Assembly: GCA_016712345.1 (NCBI GenBank) | Contig: JADJRH010000002.1 | Span: 8,466-72,465 of the forward strand | Source: Polyangiaceae bacterium | GTDB lineage: Bacteria; Myxococcota_A; Polyangia; Polyangiales; Polyangiaceae | Length of the DNA: 64,000 nucleotides | Direction of reading: 5' to 3' | Shown: positions 41,799 through 53,238 of the stretch, piece after piece | Numbering within the stretch: the first letter of the stretch is position 1 | How the letters are laid out: every line of letters begins with the position of its first letter | Notes under the pieces: generated by a model | The model's database searches: none | What the model saw: only the letters and a program-made list of their open reading frames with translations | What the model was told of the DNA's origin: nothing | Position numbers and translations under genes: made by a program

Positions 41799-41853
41799 GA
41801 GAAATCCCTCACTGCGGTGCCATCCGTTCCAGGTGGTGCGTGGCTGCGCGCCA

Positions 41854-41954
41854 GCCCAACGTGCCAATCTGCTGCGGCCATCCTGAGCAAGCGCGGCGGG
41901 CGAAGCACGCTGCACGCCGCGATGGTGGCCGGCAGTAGCATTGGCGAGTTCAAC
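41854..41954 (-). other. attC site 31 (singleton family K)
   Basis: GCCCAAC box at the 5' end, degenerate GTTCAAC box at the 3' end. Arms GCCAATCTGCTGCGGCCATC / GGTGGCCGGCAGTAGCATTGGC. Confidence 0.55.
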
Positions 41955-42295
41955 GGCTCTTCCATGGTCAGCGTGTCCTCATACGAGGCGATACAGTCCG
42001 CAGACCCCATAGCCTGCGGCAACGATGCGGTGGTCGATTTGGAACGAGAGAAACCGAGAATCCAGATATGACTTCTCGACGCCGGGCACTCGTTCTGCAG
42101 CATCGGACACCAGGCTCGCAGCACTGTAGTGCACTCCGGCTCCAACGCCTGGGAGCCCCCGCTGCTGGATGAGCGTATCCCGTAGTTGTGCTGGGAGAGC
42201 AGCCAAGATCTGATAAGCTGTCAAGTAGTGGTGTTCCGTGCCCTTGCCCTTTCTGGCGTGCTCGAGCACAGAGCGAACCTCGTTTGAGAATGTCG

Positions 42296-43087
42296 TCAGG
42301 CATCAAGTTCGACATACGTTGCTCTCCCGTGTCGTACGATGTCCCCGAGTCGCTCAAAATAGCAGGATTGGTTGCTGTACGCGGGGTGAATGGCAACGAT
42401 ATACACGTTCCCATCCTTCGGTACAATTCGAGCCCGTAGGCTGCGTCCCTTGCTGTTGTGAGCAATCGTTACCGCCTGCGCCTGCGACAGGTTGATTCCG
42501 GCAAGTTCGGACCAGTGCCTGACGTACCCGCTACCATAGAAGAACACGACTTTCTGACCGTTTTCTCGCAGAAGTGCAGCGAGAGATGCGAGTCTGCGGG
42601 GCAGAATGTGTTTACGATACGCGTCCCGGCGCTTGAGGTACTCGACGTCAGTCCATCTTGAGTACCGCCAGTCAGCAATGCTCGGAGAAGGAAGCGGAAG
42701 AAGCTCCACAAGACAAGTGTTGGAGTGTGCGCGGCCCCATTCCGTTTGCTGGAATCTTTTTATATCGGCCGTGGCAACGCTGGCGTCTTGAGTGGCTCGA
42801 AGAAAAAAGCGGATGAGCGGGCCCCAAGTGGATTGAATGCTGGCAGACTCTCCAAACAGCTCTGCGGCGAGTGAGACCGAGGGTTGCCGCTCGACTCTCG
42901 CGTGGAACTCGACGGCGTCAACGAGCTTGCCACACTTCAGGTCGCGCCAGGCAGAAAGCCGCTGTTGCACCTCAAGCTCGTGGACGCCGCCCCCCTCCTC
43001 CATGCCGACGAACCAGAACTCTGCGGTTGGGTTCCCGTAGCCGAAGAAGCCAGAGATGAATTCCGTCACTTCCTGATGGTTCAACAT
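42296..43087 (-). CDS. Hypothetical protein (263 aa)
   Basis: Clean ORF with an ATG start near the cassette 5' end on the top strand. No motif recognised. Confidence 0.45.
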   Translation of the reverse strand: MLNHQEVTEFISGFFGYGNPTAEFWFVGMEEGGGVHELEVQQRLSAWRDLKCGKLVDAVEFHARVERQPSVSLAAELFGESASIQSTWGPLIRFFLRATQDASVATADIKRFQQTEWGRAHSNTCLVELLPLPSPSIADWRYSRWTDVEYLKRRDAYRKHILPRRLASLAALLRENGQKVVFFYGSGYVRHWSELAGINLSQAQAVTIAHNSKGRSLRARIVPKDGNVYIVAIHPAYSNQSCYFERLGDIVRHGRATYVELDA

Positions 43088-43125
43088 GGTTGCTCATCTC
43101 CCGGCGCTGTCGTCCGTTGAACGTG

Positions 43126-43204
43126 GCAATCTGCTGCGGGCACTTGAGCAAGTGCGCTTGCGCACGCCGCGATGGTGCCCGTCAGCAGCATTGCCGAGTT
43201 AGGC
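43126..43204 (-). other. attC site 32 (family H)
   Basis: GTTGAAC...GTTAGGC boxes. Family H arms. Confidence 0.6.
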
Positions 43205-44293
43205 ACCTGACCCCAAGTAGAGCGCTTTCGAAATTGGAAATGCGCCGCTCGCGTTTGGCTGGGAATAGGCGTTTCCCAATTGTGTACACGACGCAGACCC
43301 AAGAGCGTTGGTCCGATGTGTACGCACAATCGATTCCGCGCTGTCAAACCCACGAAAACCTCCGCGCAAAACGAATACTACCTGTATCAACCGGCATGTC
43401 AACGCTTTCGCGTGCGCCACGAGGACAGGCAAGGTCGATGCCCAACGCAGGCAATGCGGCAAACGATGGCGAAGGCCAAACCGCGACCACGCGGTTTGGC
43501 CCATGACACAATACGAGCGCTCGGAGTTGACAGCGAGAGGGTGAGGGCGTGGTGCGAATTTCATGGAGCCTTTCGCCGAAGGCGGATGGGAAACGCGTAC
43601 ACCTGAAAGTTTCGACGATCTACCCATGCGCCACACAAAGCGCCTGACCTGTCGCTTCGAATGTGTACACGGAGAGCCGACTGACACGACGCGTTCTCGG
43701 GGACGAAACCGAAATACGAGTTTGCTTATCCGAAGGTGCAACTGAATGCGTTTCGAGGCCCATTCGGTTTATAAAAACATACCAGCGCATCTGACCTCAA
43801 GCGAAGCGCGACAAAGTGTACACGCACCGCGGCTGCCAGTGCTAGGTGTCTGCGTTGTTACGAAAACGCTCCAAAAATAAGCGAAGCGCGACAAGTGTAC
43901 CCATGAAAACCTACCCAATCTCAACTGCGCACACGTCGGTACACAAGAACTTTTCGGAACGAAATGAAGCGCGGTCTAATGCGAGATGGTTTTCAATTGA
44001 GTCATGCCGGCCCGAATGTGTCGCATCGAATACCCCGAATGTGTCGACTCCAAATCAACCCACTCCCACATCGTCCGATCACAAATAGATAACGGCTTAT
44101 GAATATACCCAGCGGATGAACCACATGCGTGTTGCGGGGGAGATTTTTGGACGGACCCATTTCGCTTATCAACTCGGCCGCCGGTGTAGAAAGGTCAAGT
44201 GTGCCCGACCCTTCGAAAAGCGCCTCGATCCACGAAATACCCACGTCACCCACCGACAAAAATCCAGGCGATTCTACCCACGAAATTCCGTGT
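43205..44293 (-). repeat. ORF-less cassette payload, N1-like
   Basis: Diverged N1 relative. Confidence 0.5.
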
Positions 44294-44394
44294 GCCTAAC
44301 GTGGCAATCTGCTGCAAGCCCCAAAAGCAAGCAGAGCGGCCGAAGGACGCTCTGCGCAGCGTTGGGGTTTGCCAGCAGCATTGCCGAGTTAGGT
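44294..44394 (-). other. attC site 33 (family A)
   Basis: GCCTAAC...GTTAGGT boxes. Family A arms. Confidence 0.7.
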
Positions 44395-45450
44395 ACCTGA
44401 CTCCCAACAGAGTGTTTTCGAATTTGTAACGCCGCACGCCGCGTTTTGAAGGGAGTAGCCGATGCCCAATTGTGTACACGAGGCAAACCGACGAGCGCCG
44501 ACTCGGTGTATACACAATTTTGACTTCGCGCTGCCAGACCCACCGAGAACCTCCGCGCGAAACGAATACTACCCGTCTCAACCGGGCTGTCAACGCTTTC
44601 GAGCATGTCACCAGCGCCACCAAAATTGACGCCCACCTCAAGCAACGTTGTCCAAGATCGGGCAGACCAAACCGCGACGGCCCGCTCTGTCCACGAAAAC
44701 GCACGAAGGTGCCGAAATGTTGGCGAGATGAAAACCAACCTGCGCGAAACAGGAAACGCCTACAAGCGGGCAGTTTCGTTGATCTACCCATGCGCTCCCA
44801 ACTGCGCGGCCTTCGCTCCGAATGTGTACACGGAGTGTCGACGGACACGAGGCCTCTCAGGGGCGAACCCGAAGTACGAGGAAGCTCATCCGAAGGGGCA
44901 AATGAAGCGTTTTGAGCAACGCTCCGATTCAAAAAGAACAATGCCGCACCGAATATCAAGCGAAGCGCGACACTTGCGTACACGCACCGCGGCCACGCAT
45001 GACAGCGTGGTTATGTTGTTGCGCGAACGCCGCAAAAAGAAGCGAAGCGCGACAAATGTACCCATGAAAACCTACCCATGACCGACCGCGCGCGCGTGGG
45101 TACACACAAACTTTTCGGACGGAATGAGCGCCCATCAAAGCAAATTGGTTTTCAAATGAGTCATACCGCCCACGGACATGTCGCATCGAACCCAAATCCG
45201 TCAACTCCAAATCTACCCACGGTCGGACATGGTTAGATCATGAATTGATAATGGATTATGAAGATACCCCACCGGATGAACGACCGGTCGCCGCGGGCGT
45301 ATAATTTTTGAACTTACCCGCCCTCAACCCGACTGCCGGTGAAGAACGATTAGGATATGCAGAATCCCTCGCAAAAGAGCCTCCGCGCACCAACTGCCCA
45401 AGTGCGCTTTCCGAGAAAATTCAAGCGATTCTAGCCACGAAATTCTGTGT
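44395..45450 (-). repeat. ORF-less cassette payload, family N1
   Basis: Near-copy of 8031..9068. Confidence 0.6.
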
Positions 45451-45554
45451 ACCTAACGTGGGGTTGTGCTGCAAGCCCCGAGAGCAAGCAGAGGGGCGCG
45501 TCAGCGACGCTCTGCGCAGCGTCGGGGCTTGTCAGAACCAACCCCTGGTTGGAC
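45451..45554 (-). other. attC site 34 (family G)
   Basis: ACCTAAC...GTTGGAC boxes. Family G arms. Confidence 0.7.
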
Positions 45555-45884
45555 CTCTGGGGATTGCTACGACCCAGGTTTTGGAGCATCGTATTCTGAA
45601 TCCGAATCTGTAGTCAACTGTGAAAAAAAGTTACGTTCCATTCCGCACAGTTGAGTCGCCTTGCAGTCTAATTTTTCGATTCGCGTCCATTTTGCGCACC
45701 ACCGCAAATGGCTCCGATGGATACTGACGTTCTGACTTTTCCATTCGACTGTCAGGTCAGAAAGGCGGTGTACACAACCACGGAGTTGTGTCAACGAGTT
45801 TGTACAAAATAAAACGGAGCCGCCCGGTGCTGGAACACCGAACGGCCCCTTGACCTGCCCCCCGCTAGAACGGAGAGCAAGCCC
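45555..45884 (+). promoter_or_regulatory. Conserved sigma-cassette leader (paralog 5)
   Basis: Same conserved block. Confidence 0.4.
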
Positions 45885-46643
45885 ATGGAAAAGAATAGTC
45901 GTGATTTGTCCGCAGCTCGAATTTTCGGAGCCGCGAATGCTGTTGAGCCTGAAAATACCGATGAAATCAAGTGGCCGCCAAACGCACCAGACAAGTGGGT
46001 GAAGAGCGCGCCGGGTCGCCGCGGCAACCACCACCCATCGCTCTACTTACCCGAACCACAAGCCCGCGACCTGAATTCACTTCGCCCACTGATCGAAAGG
46101 ATCTTGCGCCGACACCGTGTAACGGCCCGTCACATTCCAGACCTGATTCAAGAGATCTTGGCGGAGTTAATTCGCGTCGCGAGAAGTCGCGGACACAGCA
46201 GTCAACCTCCCATCAACTCAACCGCGTACGGATTTGTCGCGGTGGTGGCCCGCCGAGTGGCACGAGACCGGTCGGTGCTCAAAGCCCTTGGTGAACAAGA
46301 AACACTCGGTGAATTGTGGGATCTGCTCGATTGTCAGGAATCTCCCCATTCGACTGCGACGAGTACAACTCCACTTGACTTGATGATCGAAAAAGAAGAA
46401 GAACAGAAGTTGACCGATCGACTCGACTGGTTGAGTCAGGCCACGAAGCCGAGATATTGGCGCGCTTTTTATGCATTCACCATTTTGGCCGTCCCGATCG
46501 AAGACATTGCCGAGAGTGAAAATATCAGTCCGGCCTCGACTTACGATCGCATTCGACGAGCACGCGACGACATCAAAGCCGCGCTCCAACGCGACCGGGC
46601 GAGCCGTGCACCAAAGATGGACCTGAAACCATCCCAAACCTGA
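45885..46643 (+). CDS. ECF-type sigma-70 factor (paralog 5)
   Basis: Paralog with the same region-2 and region-4 motifs. Confidence 0.7.
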   Translation: MEKNSRDLSAARIFGAANAVEPENTDEIKWPPNAPDKWVKSAPGRRGNHHPSLYLPEPQARDLNSLRPLIERILRRHRVTARHIPDLIQEILAELIRVARSRGHSSQPPINSTAYGFVAVVARRVARDRSVLKALGEQETLGELWDLLDCQESPHSTATSTTPLDLMIEKEEEQKLTDRLDWLSQATKPRYWRAFYAFTILAVPIEDIAESENISPASTYDRIRRARDDIKAALQRDRASRAPKMDLKPSQT

Positions 46644-46806
46644 CCTTCCATTTTCGTCCCGCCCGCGCTCGCTTTTCTCAACCCGCAAACGCATTGCACA
46701 AACCGATTTGATAGTCAAGTCGAGTGTACATTTGTGTGCGATTGACTTGCTGGGTCCGCACCAAATGTCAATGGGTTATACCATTTGGAAAGGCGCTATT
46801 TTGTAG

Positions 46807-46907
46807 GTCCAACGTGGTATTCTGCTGCGGGCAGGCGGCGCAAGCAGAGCGGACGAAGGACGCTCTGCGCAGCAAGCCTGACCGACAGCAGCAATACCTG
46901 GTTGGGT
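46807..46907 (-). other. attC site 35 (family B)
   Basis: GTCCAAC...GTTGGGT boxes. Family B arms. Confidence 0.7.
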
Positions 46908-46938
46908 GGGTTCTTCGAATGCATGTCCGTCGTCTATG

Positions 46939-48576
46939 TCACCAATCTGAGGGAAGCAAGCGCCGCAGTGTTTCGAAGTTCGCTTCTGCTATCAGGTCTC
47001 GACGATATTGTCCGTCTGGATCGATTCTTCGGAGGGCGGCAAGCCACGCGCGCACATCGTTTTCTTCCGCAGCGGTGAGGGGGGCGCGGTGCTTGTCTCT
47101 GAGACCGGACGCGACAGACGCATTGTAGTACGCAACGTGTCGTATCCGTGCCGTGATTAGAGGGTCCGAGTTCGCAGACTCGATCTGGATGGCCTGATTC
47201 GCGAAATCTATGGTGCTTGCTATATGGCGATCGGTCTCCGCCTCAGCGCCAAGCAGAAAAGATGTTTCCGCAAGAGTGACGGCGTTCCCCGTCCCTCGAT
47301 TGTACGCACGGAGGCGGAACTCATCTGATTGAGTGAGAAACTTGTCGGACATGACAATTCGCTCCAAGAGCAGACGGGCTTCCTCGGCCTTCTGGAGCGA
47401 CAGTGTGGGATTGCTTTGAACAAGGTGCGTAGCTTCCGCCCACTCGTTCTCGCAAGCCACGAGCGTGAGTTCGAGGTCCTCCTGCGGAAGGGCCGCGGCG
47501 CGTATGAACGCATTTTGGTGTGTGACCGTCGCCGGGTGTGGAACGGCATCTCCATAGTGCCGCGCCGAGTCGAGAAAGCGCTTGAGGAGGTTCTTCTTGT
47601 GAGGATCAATGAATGCGGGGGGAAGACCGCACTCGCACTTTAGGAACATTTCGCGCATCAGACCATCGAAGTTCTTGATAGTATAGAGGAATACCTTTTC
47701 CGGGTGTTCGCGCGCGAGATGGAGTACGGAGTCGGCGATATATGGAGCACCATCGGACTTGGACGCCGTCACACACCAGTGCAAGCCGAGACGAAGATAA
47801 TGGTCGCTGCGGAGCATCTCCCGGATCGGTCCGAGTATTGATGTGTCGCCGCCGGAATACCCCACAACGATGAGGCCCGCATCCGCGCATGCGCGAAAGA
47901 GGCGATCCTCCATCTCTCGATCGAGCCGTTTCAACTCGTCACGCAGATTGCGCAGGTTATCGTAGAGAAAATCTCCGTGCAATTTTAGGATCTTCGGACG
48001 GTCGCTGTCGAATCGAACGCTTGCGATCGCTGCGTCAAAGGACAGTTCGATTGCCTTGATGTCGTAAAAGCGAAACAGCGCCTCAGCGACGAGATCGTCG
48101 AAGTTGGTAGTCAGAATACGATTAAACCGCCCCGCCGCGATGAGGCCAGAAAGGTAGAGAAAGCCCCAGGAGGGGAACCCCTTTTTCATGAGGGACTCGA
48201 TGTGAATCTGGCGCGCCGATCGGTCCTGATGAAAATGCGAGAACAGCGTGGAGTACTCGGTCTCACCGAGTCGCCGGGCCTCGTTCAACCATGAGAGATA
48301 GCCGCTATCTGAGCGGCCTAGCCAAGCTTGGTACGCTTGCTCGTTTCGATCCGCGGACGTTTCCGAATGATGCTGTTCAAAGAGTTGATGTCTCCAATCG
48401 GCGATCATCTTGCCGGCGGTTGGGATTCCGGACGACGCCGACGCGCCGGCGCCCAGGAGAAGAGCATATGGGCGATCGTGGGCAGGAGGCTCGGCGACTT
48501 TTAGAGCGAGATTATATTCGTTATAGCGTGGCTTCAGGCATGCGGCCATAATTCGCTGACGCTCGTCTTTATCCAT
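46939..48576 (-). CDS. SIR2-like (DHS-like NAD-binding, SIR2_2-type) protein with C-terminal helical repeat region
   Basis: YALLLGAGASASSGIPTA...ILTTNFDDLVAEAL...KILKLHGD...VVGYSGGD, the pattern of SIR2_2 domains found in anti-phage proteins. About 545 aa. ATG at 48576. Confidence 0.7.
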   Translation of the reverse strand: MDKDERQRIMAACLKPRYNEYNLALKVAEPPAHDRPYALLLGAGASASSGIPTAGKMIADWRHQLFEQHHSETSADRNEQAYQAWLGRSDSGYLSWLNEARRLGETEYSTLFSHFHQDRSARQIHIESLMKKGFPSWGFLYLSGLIAAGRFNRILTTNFDDLVAEALFRFYDIKAIELSFDAAIASVRFDSDRPKILKLHGDFLYDNLRNLRDELKRLDREMEDRLFRACADAGLIVVGYSGGDTSILGPIREMLRSDHYLRLGLHWCVTASKSDGAPYIADSVLHLAREHPEKVFLYTIKNFDGLMREMFLKCECGLPPAFIDPHKKNLLKRFLDSARHYGDAVPHPATVTHQNAFIRAAALPQEDLELTLVACENEWAEATHLVQSNPTLSLQKAEEARLLLERIVMSDKFLTQSDEFRLRAYNRGTGNAVTLAETSFLLGAEAETDRHIASTIDFANQAIQIESANSDPLITARIRHVAYYNASVASGLRDKHRAPLTAAEENDVRAWLAALRRIDPDGQYRRDLIAEANFETLRRLLPSDW

Positions 48577-48620
48577 CGCCAAGTTCCTTCACCTTAGAGT
48601 TCCTTCCACGGGAAACGCGC

Positions 48621-48734
48621 TTCTCGCCCCACCCAACGTGGGGTTGTGCTGCAAGCCCCGAAAGCAAGCAGAGGGGCGCGTCAGCGACGCTCTGCGCAGC
48701 GTCGGGGCTTGTCAGAACCAACCCCTGGTTGGGC
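48621..48734 (-). other. attC site 36 (family G)
   Basis: ACCCAAC...GTTGGGC boxes. Family G arms. Confidence 0.7.
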
Positions 48735-49729
48735 ACCGTACGCTGGGTAGATTTCTCTCGAATTTGCACCATCGCACGGCTTGTTTTGAAGGGGAAATGC
48801 GCCCGCGATAAATGTACACAAGGCCGTCCAAATGAAGAACGCCGGGTGTGTACACTGGTCAAGTTTCGCGCCATAACCCACCAACCGCTGCGTACGCCTC
48901 GTAGACTACGCGGATCAAATTGACCGTCAAGCACAATCTGTGACCGCAAGAGTGATGCGCTCGGGGCTTGCACGCATGACGTCGACCTCACGAGAGGCCC
49001 GGTGTACACGACCGCCCGCGAATCGAAAAGAAAGCCGGAAGGCCGAGCCGCGGCCTACGCGCGGCTTGGCCCTTCGAGCGCGAACGCGAAGTATCGAAAG
49101 CAAAGGCGCCTCACCGTGAGGAACCGAAGTACAAGGCGGCTTATCCGAAGGTGCGAATGAAACGTTTCGAAAAACCGTGCTGCCGGCAGAAAAAAACATC
49201 ACCGCATCTGACACTCCGCGAAGCGCGATGTGTGTACACGCACCGCAGCTACCCATGCCGACGTGTTAGCGACTGAACGCGGATGCCGACAAAAACAAGC
49301 GAAGCGCGACAAGTGTACCCATGTGAAGGCCGTCCGAATTATTGTGTACACGTGGGTACATTCTACCTTTTCGAAAAGAAGCGAAGCGCGACTCGTGGGG
49401 AAACCGCTTCGACTTAGCAAAACCGCCACCGGAGCGAAGCGACCAAACCCCGTGAAAGATTAGGCCTCCATTCGATGGAAACCTCCACTCAACGGACTTC
49501 CACTCAACTTCACCGGCCCACCTGACATGTCATTCCGAACGGTGGAAAAAATCTCGCTCTCACACACGCTGCTTTCCAAATTCAGGGTAGCAACTGAAGG
49601 GTAAGATCCGATGAAGAGTGGTCGCATGTGCCTCAAAAAAAATAGACTCAACAACGCTCCATCACCCCAAGGACTGACACTGCCTTTCTGGGAAAAAAGA
49701 TGAGCGCCTCTACCCAGAAAATTCTGTGT
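48735..49729 (-). repeat. ORF-less cassette payload, N3/N4 hybrid
   Basis: 5' two-thirds resembles N3; 3' end resembles N4. No octamer array. Confidence 0.5.
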
Positions 49730-49818
49730 GCCCAACGTGGCAATCTGCTGCGGGCACTTGAGCAAGTGCGCTTGCGCACGCCGCGATGGTGCCCGTCAGC
49801 AGCATTGCCGAGTTAGGT
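49730..49818 (-). other. attC site 37 (family H)
   Basis: GCCCAAC...GTTAGGT boxes. Family H arms. Confidence 0.65.
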
Positions 49819-50907
49819 ACCTGACCCCCAGTAGAGCGCTTTCGAAATTGGAATTGCGCCGCTCGCGTTTGGTTGGGAATAAGCGTTTCCCAATTGTGTA
49901 CACGACGCAGGCCCAAGAGCGCTGGTGCGATGTGTACGCAAAATCGATTTCGCGCTGTCAAACCCACGAAAACCTCCGCGCAAAACGAATACTACCTGTA
50001 TCAACCGGCATGTCAACGCATTCGCGTGCGCCACGAGGACAGCCAAGGTCGATGCCCAACGCAGGCAATGCTGCCCCACGACGGCGAAGGCCAAACCGCG
50101 ACCACGCGGTCTGGCCCGTGACACAATAGGAGCGCTCCGAGTGACAGCGAGACGGTGAGGGCGTGGTGCGAATTTCAGGGAGCTGTTCGCCGAAGGCGGA
50201 CGGGAAACGCTTACACCTGAAAGGTCCGGCGATCTACCCATGCGCCACAAAAACGCGTGATCTGTCGCTTCGAATGTGTACACGGAGAGCCGACTGACGC
50301 GATGCCTCCCGGCGAAGAACCGAAATACAAGTTTGCTCATCCGAAGGTGCAACTGAAGGCGTTTCGAGGCCCACTTAGCTTGAAAAGAAACATACCAGCG
50401 CACCTGACCTCAAGCGAAGCGCCACAAAGTGTACACGCACCGCGGCTGCCAGTGTTAGGTGTCTGCGTTGTTACGAAAACGCTCCAAAAATAAGCGAAGC
50501 GCGACAAGTGTACCCATGAAAACCTACCCAATCTCGACTGCGCACACGTGGGTACACATGAACTTTTCGGAACGAAATGAAGCGCCATCCAACACAAGGC
50601 GGTTTTCAATTGAGTCATGCCGCCCCGAATGTGTCGCATCGAAACCAAATGGGGGTCGACTCCAAATCAACCCACTCTCACATGGTCCGATCACAAATAG
50701 ATGACGCCTTATGAACATACCCCACCGGATGAACCAGATGCGTGTTGCGGGGGAGAACGTTTTGGACGGAGGCATTTCGTCCCTCAACCCAGCCGCCGGT
50801 GAAGAAAGGTCAAGTGCGCACGATCCTTAGAAAAGCGCCTTTACCTGGGAAATACCTACGTCACCCACCGAGAAAATCCAGGCGAGTCTATCCACGAAAT
50901 TCCGTGT
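49819..50907 (-). repeat. ORF-less cassette payload, N1-like
   Basis: Diverged N1 relative. Confidence 0.5.
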
Positions 50908-51011
50908 ACCTAACGTGGCAATCTGCTGCAAGCCCCAAAAGCAAGCAGAGGGGCGCGCCAGCGACCCTCTGCGCAGCGCTGGGGTTTGCCAGCAGCATTG
51001 CCGAGTTAGAC
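50908..51011 (-). other. attC site 38 (family A variant)
   Basis: ACCTAAC...GTTAGAC boxes. Family A arms around the central GAGGGGCGCGCCAGCGACCCTCTG. Confidence 0.65.
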
Positions 51012-51339
51012 CTCTGGGGATTGCACCGACCCATGTTTGGAGCATCGTATTCCGAATCTGAATCTGTAGTCAACTGTGAAAAAAAGTTACGTTCCATTCC
51101 GCGCAGTTGAGTCGCCTTGCAGTCTAATTTTTCGATTCGCGTCCATTTTGCGCGCCACCGCGAATGGCCTTGATGGACACTGACTTTCGATCTTGCACTC
51201 GACTGTCAGGTCAGAAAGGCGGTGTACACAACCGCGGCGTTGTGTCAATCACTTTGTACAAAATAAAACGGAGCCGCCCGGTGTTGGTCGCACCGAACGG
51301 CCCCTTGACCTGCCCCCCGCGTTAACGGAGAGCAAGCCC
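51012..51339 (+). promoter_or_regulatory. Conserved sigma-cassette leader (paralog 6)
   Basis: Same conserved block. Confidence 0.4.
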
Positions 51340-52098
51340 ATGGAAAAGAATAGTCGTGATTTGTCCGCAGCTCGAATTTTCGGAGCTGCGAATGCTGTTG
51401 AGCCTGAAAGTACCGATGAAATCAAGTGGCCGCCAAACGCGCCGGACAAGTGGGTGAAGACCGCGCCCGGTCGCCGCGGTACGCACTACCCATCGCTCTA
51501 CTTACCCGAACCACAAGCGCGCGACTTGAATTCACTTCGCCCGGTTATCGAAAGGATCTTGCGCCGACACCGTGTAACTCCCCGCCACATTCCTGACCTG
51601 ATTCAAGAGATCTTGGCAGAGTTAATTCGGGTTGCGAGAAGCCGCGGACACAACAGTCAACCTCCCATCAACTCAACTGCGTACGGATTTGTTGCGGTGG
51701 TAGCCCGTCGGGTAGCGCGAAACCGGTCGGTGCTTAAAGCCCTCGGCGAACGGGAAGACCTCGGTGAATTGTGGGATCTACTCGATTGTGAGGAGTCTCC
51801 CCATTCAACTACAACGAGCACCACTCCACTCGACTTGATAATCGAAAAGGAAGAAGAACAGAACTTGACCGATCGACTCGACTGGTTGAGTCAGGCCACG
51901 AAGTCGAGATATTGGCGCGCTTTTTACGCCTTCACGATATTAGCCACGCCGATTGAAGACATTGCCGAGAGTGAGAATATCAGTCCGGCCTCTACTTACG
52001 ATCGCATTCGACGAGCCCGCGAAGACATCAAAGCCGCGCTCCAACGCGATCGGGCGAGCCGCGTACCAAAGATGGACCTGAAACCATCCCAAACCTGA
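51340..52098 (+). CDS. ECF-type sigma-70 factor (paralog 6)
   Basis: Starts at the conserved MEKNS methionine (ATG at 51340) inside track ORF 51193..52098. Confidence 0.7.
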   Translation: MEKNSRDLSAARIFGAANAVEPESTDEIKWPPNAPDKWVKTAPGRRGTHYPSLYLPEPQARDLNSLRPVIERILRRHRVTPRHIPDLIQEILAELIRVARSRGHNSQPPINSTAYGFVAVVARRVARNRSVLKALGEREDLGELWDLLDCEESPHSTTTSTTPLDLIIEKEEEQNLTDRLDWLSQATKSRYWRAFYAFTILATPIEDIAESENISPASTYDRIRRAREDIKAALQRDRASRVPKMDLKPSQT

Positions 52099-52263
52099 CC
52101 TACCCAATTCTGGCCCGCCGCCCTGCCTTTCCCGGGGCCGATAAAAATAGCCATTTCATTCAATCTGATAGTCAAGTCGGATTGTCAATTTTCCCGATTG
52201 GGTGATTGGGAATGCCGCAAATCCGAATGGGCTATACCATTTTTGAAAGTGGCTGCGTTGCAG

Positions 52264-52367
52264 GTCTAACGTGCTGATGTGCTGCAAGCCCCGAAAGCAA
52301 GCAGAGGGGCGCGTCAGCGACGCTCTGCGCAGCGCCGGGGTTTGCCAGCACCATTAGCGTGTTGGGT
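52264..52367 (-). other. attC site 39 (family G variant)
   Basis: GTCTAAC...GTTGGGT boxes. Arms GCTGATGTGCTGCAAGCCCC / GGGGTTTGCCAGCACCATTAGC. Confidence 0.6.
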
Positions 52368-52482
52368 GGTGCGTTTTTCCGTGCACTCAATTGTGCGGCG
52401 AACGAAATTCCAACTCGCGATCGAGTAGTCAAGACGGGAGACTTTTGATACATGACTCCTGAGCGCCGCTCATCAAGTTGAA

Positions 52483-53238
52483 TCATTCGTCCCCCTCAGT
52501 AAGCGACTGATGCTTCCCTTTTTTGACTCGTTTAGTGCGGATCTCCCCGCCCCCTTCAAGAACTTCCCGTAGGGTAGGTCGTGAACGTTCGAGGCTTAAC
52601 GCGTATTTTGGCGTGCCACGAATCCTTTCGAAACCGAGGCGACTCCAAAGTGTACGCAACTTTTGGAGCGCGAGTTTCTGATCGGCCACGAAATCGCCGG
52701 CTCGCATCAAGGAGCACCAATTCGAGTGGTCAGCGCCTGTGTCCTTGAATTGCATCGGAAACGGCTCACAAACAGCAAGTCCACAGCCGCCGCTGAATTG
52801 TTCCAAGAAGTGCCAGACAGTGGCCAGACCAACATTCTGACCTCGGTGCGATGGTAAAATTTCTACTGTATCGGCAACGAGGACGTTGAGCGAAAACGGA
52901 GTATCAAATTGTCGTTCAAGGGACTTCTTGAGTGCCTGCTGGCGAAAGTCAAATAAGACGTTGGCATAATCGTACAAGGTTTGACTGTGTTCATCGCAGA
53001 CGTCGAGGAGATCCATGTTGTCCTCCCATGCGCGATCGACCCGTATGATGTGACCGATGAGCGTGCCGACTCGTTCGAGAGTGTCGCTGCCGTCATCCTC
53101 GGTGCACGTGATCTCCCCAAAGATATCTGAAATGTATTGTTGGCCAACCTCCGAAAAAAGGTCGGAACCAAGTCGAAAATCAACTCGATAGCTCCGGTCT
53201 GACTCCAACCCTGCATCATCGCTTTCCACGCGGCTCAT
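52483..53238 (-). CDS. Hypothetical protein (251 aa), weak GNAT-like motif
   Basis: Clean ORF with an ATG start. HRGQNVGLATVWHF resembles GNAT motif A; otherwise unassigned. Confidence 0.4.
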   Translation of the reverse strand: MSRVESDDAGLESDRSYRVDFRLGSDLFSEVGQQYISDIFGEITCTEDDGSDTLERVGTLIGHIIRVDRAWEDNMDLLDVCDEHSQTLYDYANVLFDFRQQALKKSLERQFDTPFSLNVLVADTVEILPSHRGQNVGLATVWHFLEQFSGGCGLAVCEPFPMQFKDTGADHSNWCSLMRAGDFVADQKLALQKLRTLWSRLGFERIRGTPKYALSLERSRPTLREVLEGGGEIRTKRVKKGKHQSLTEGDE

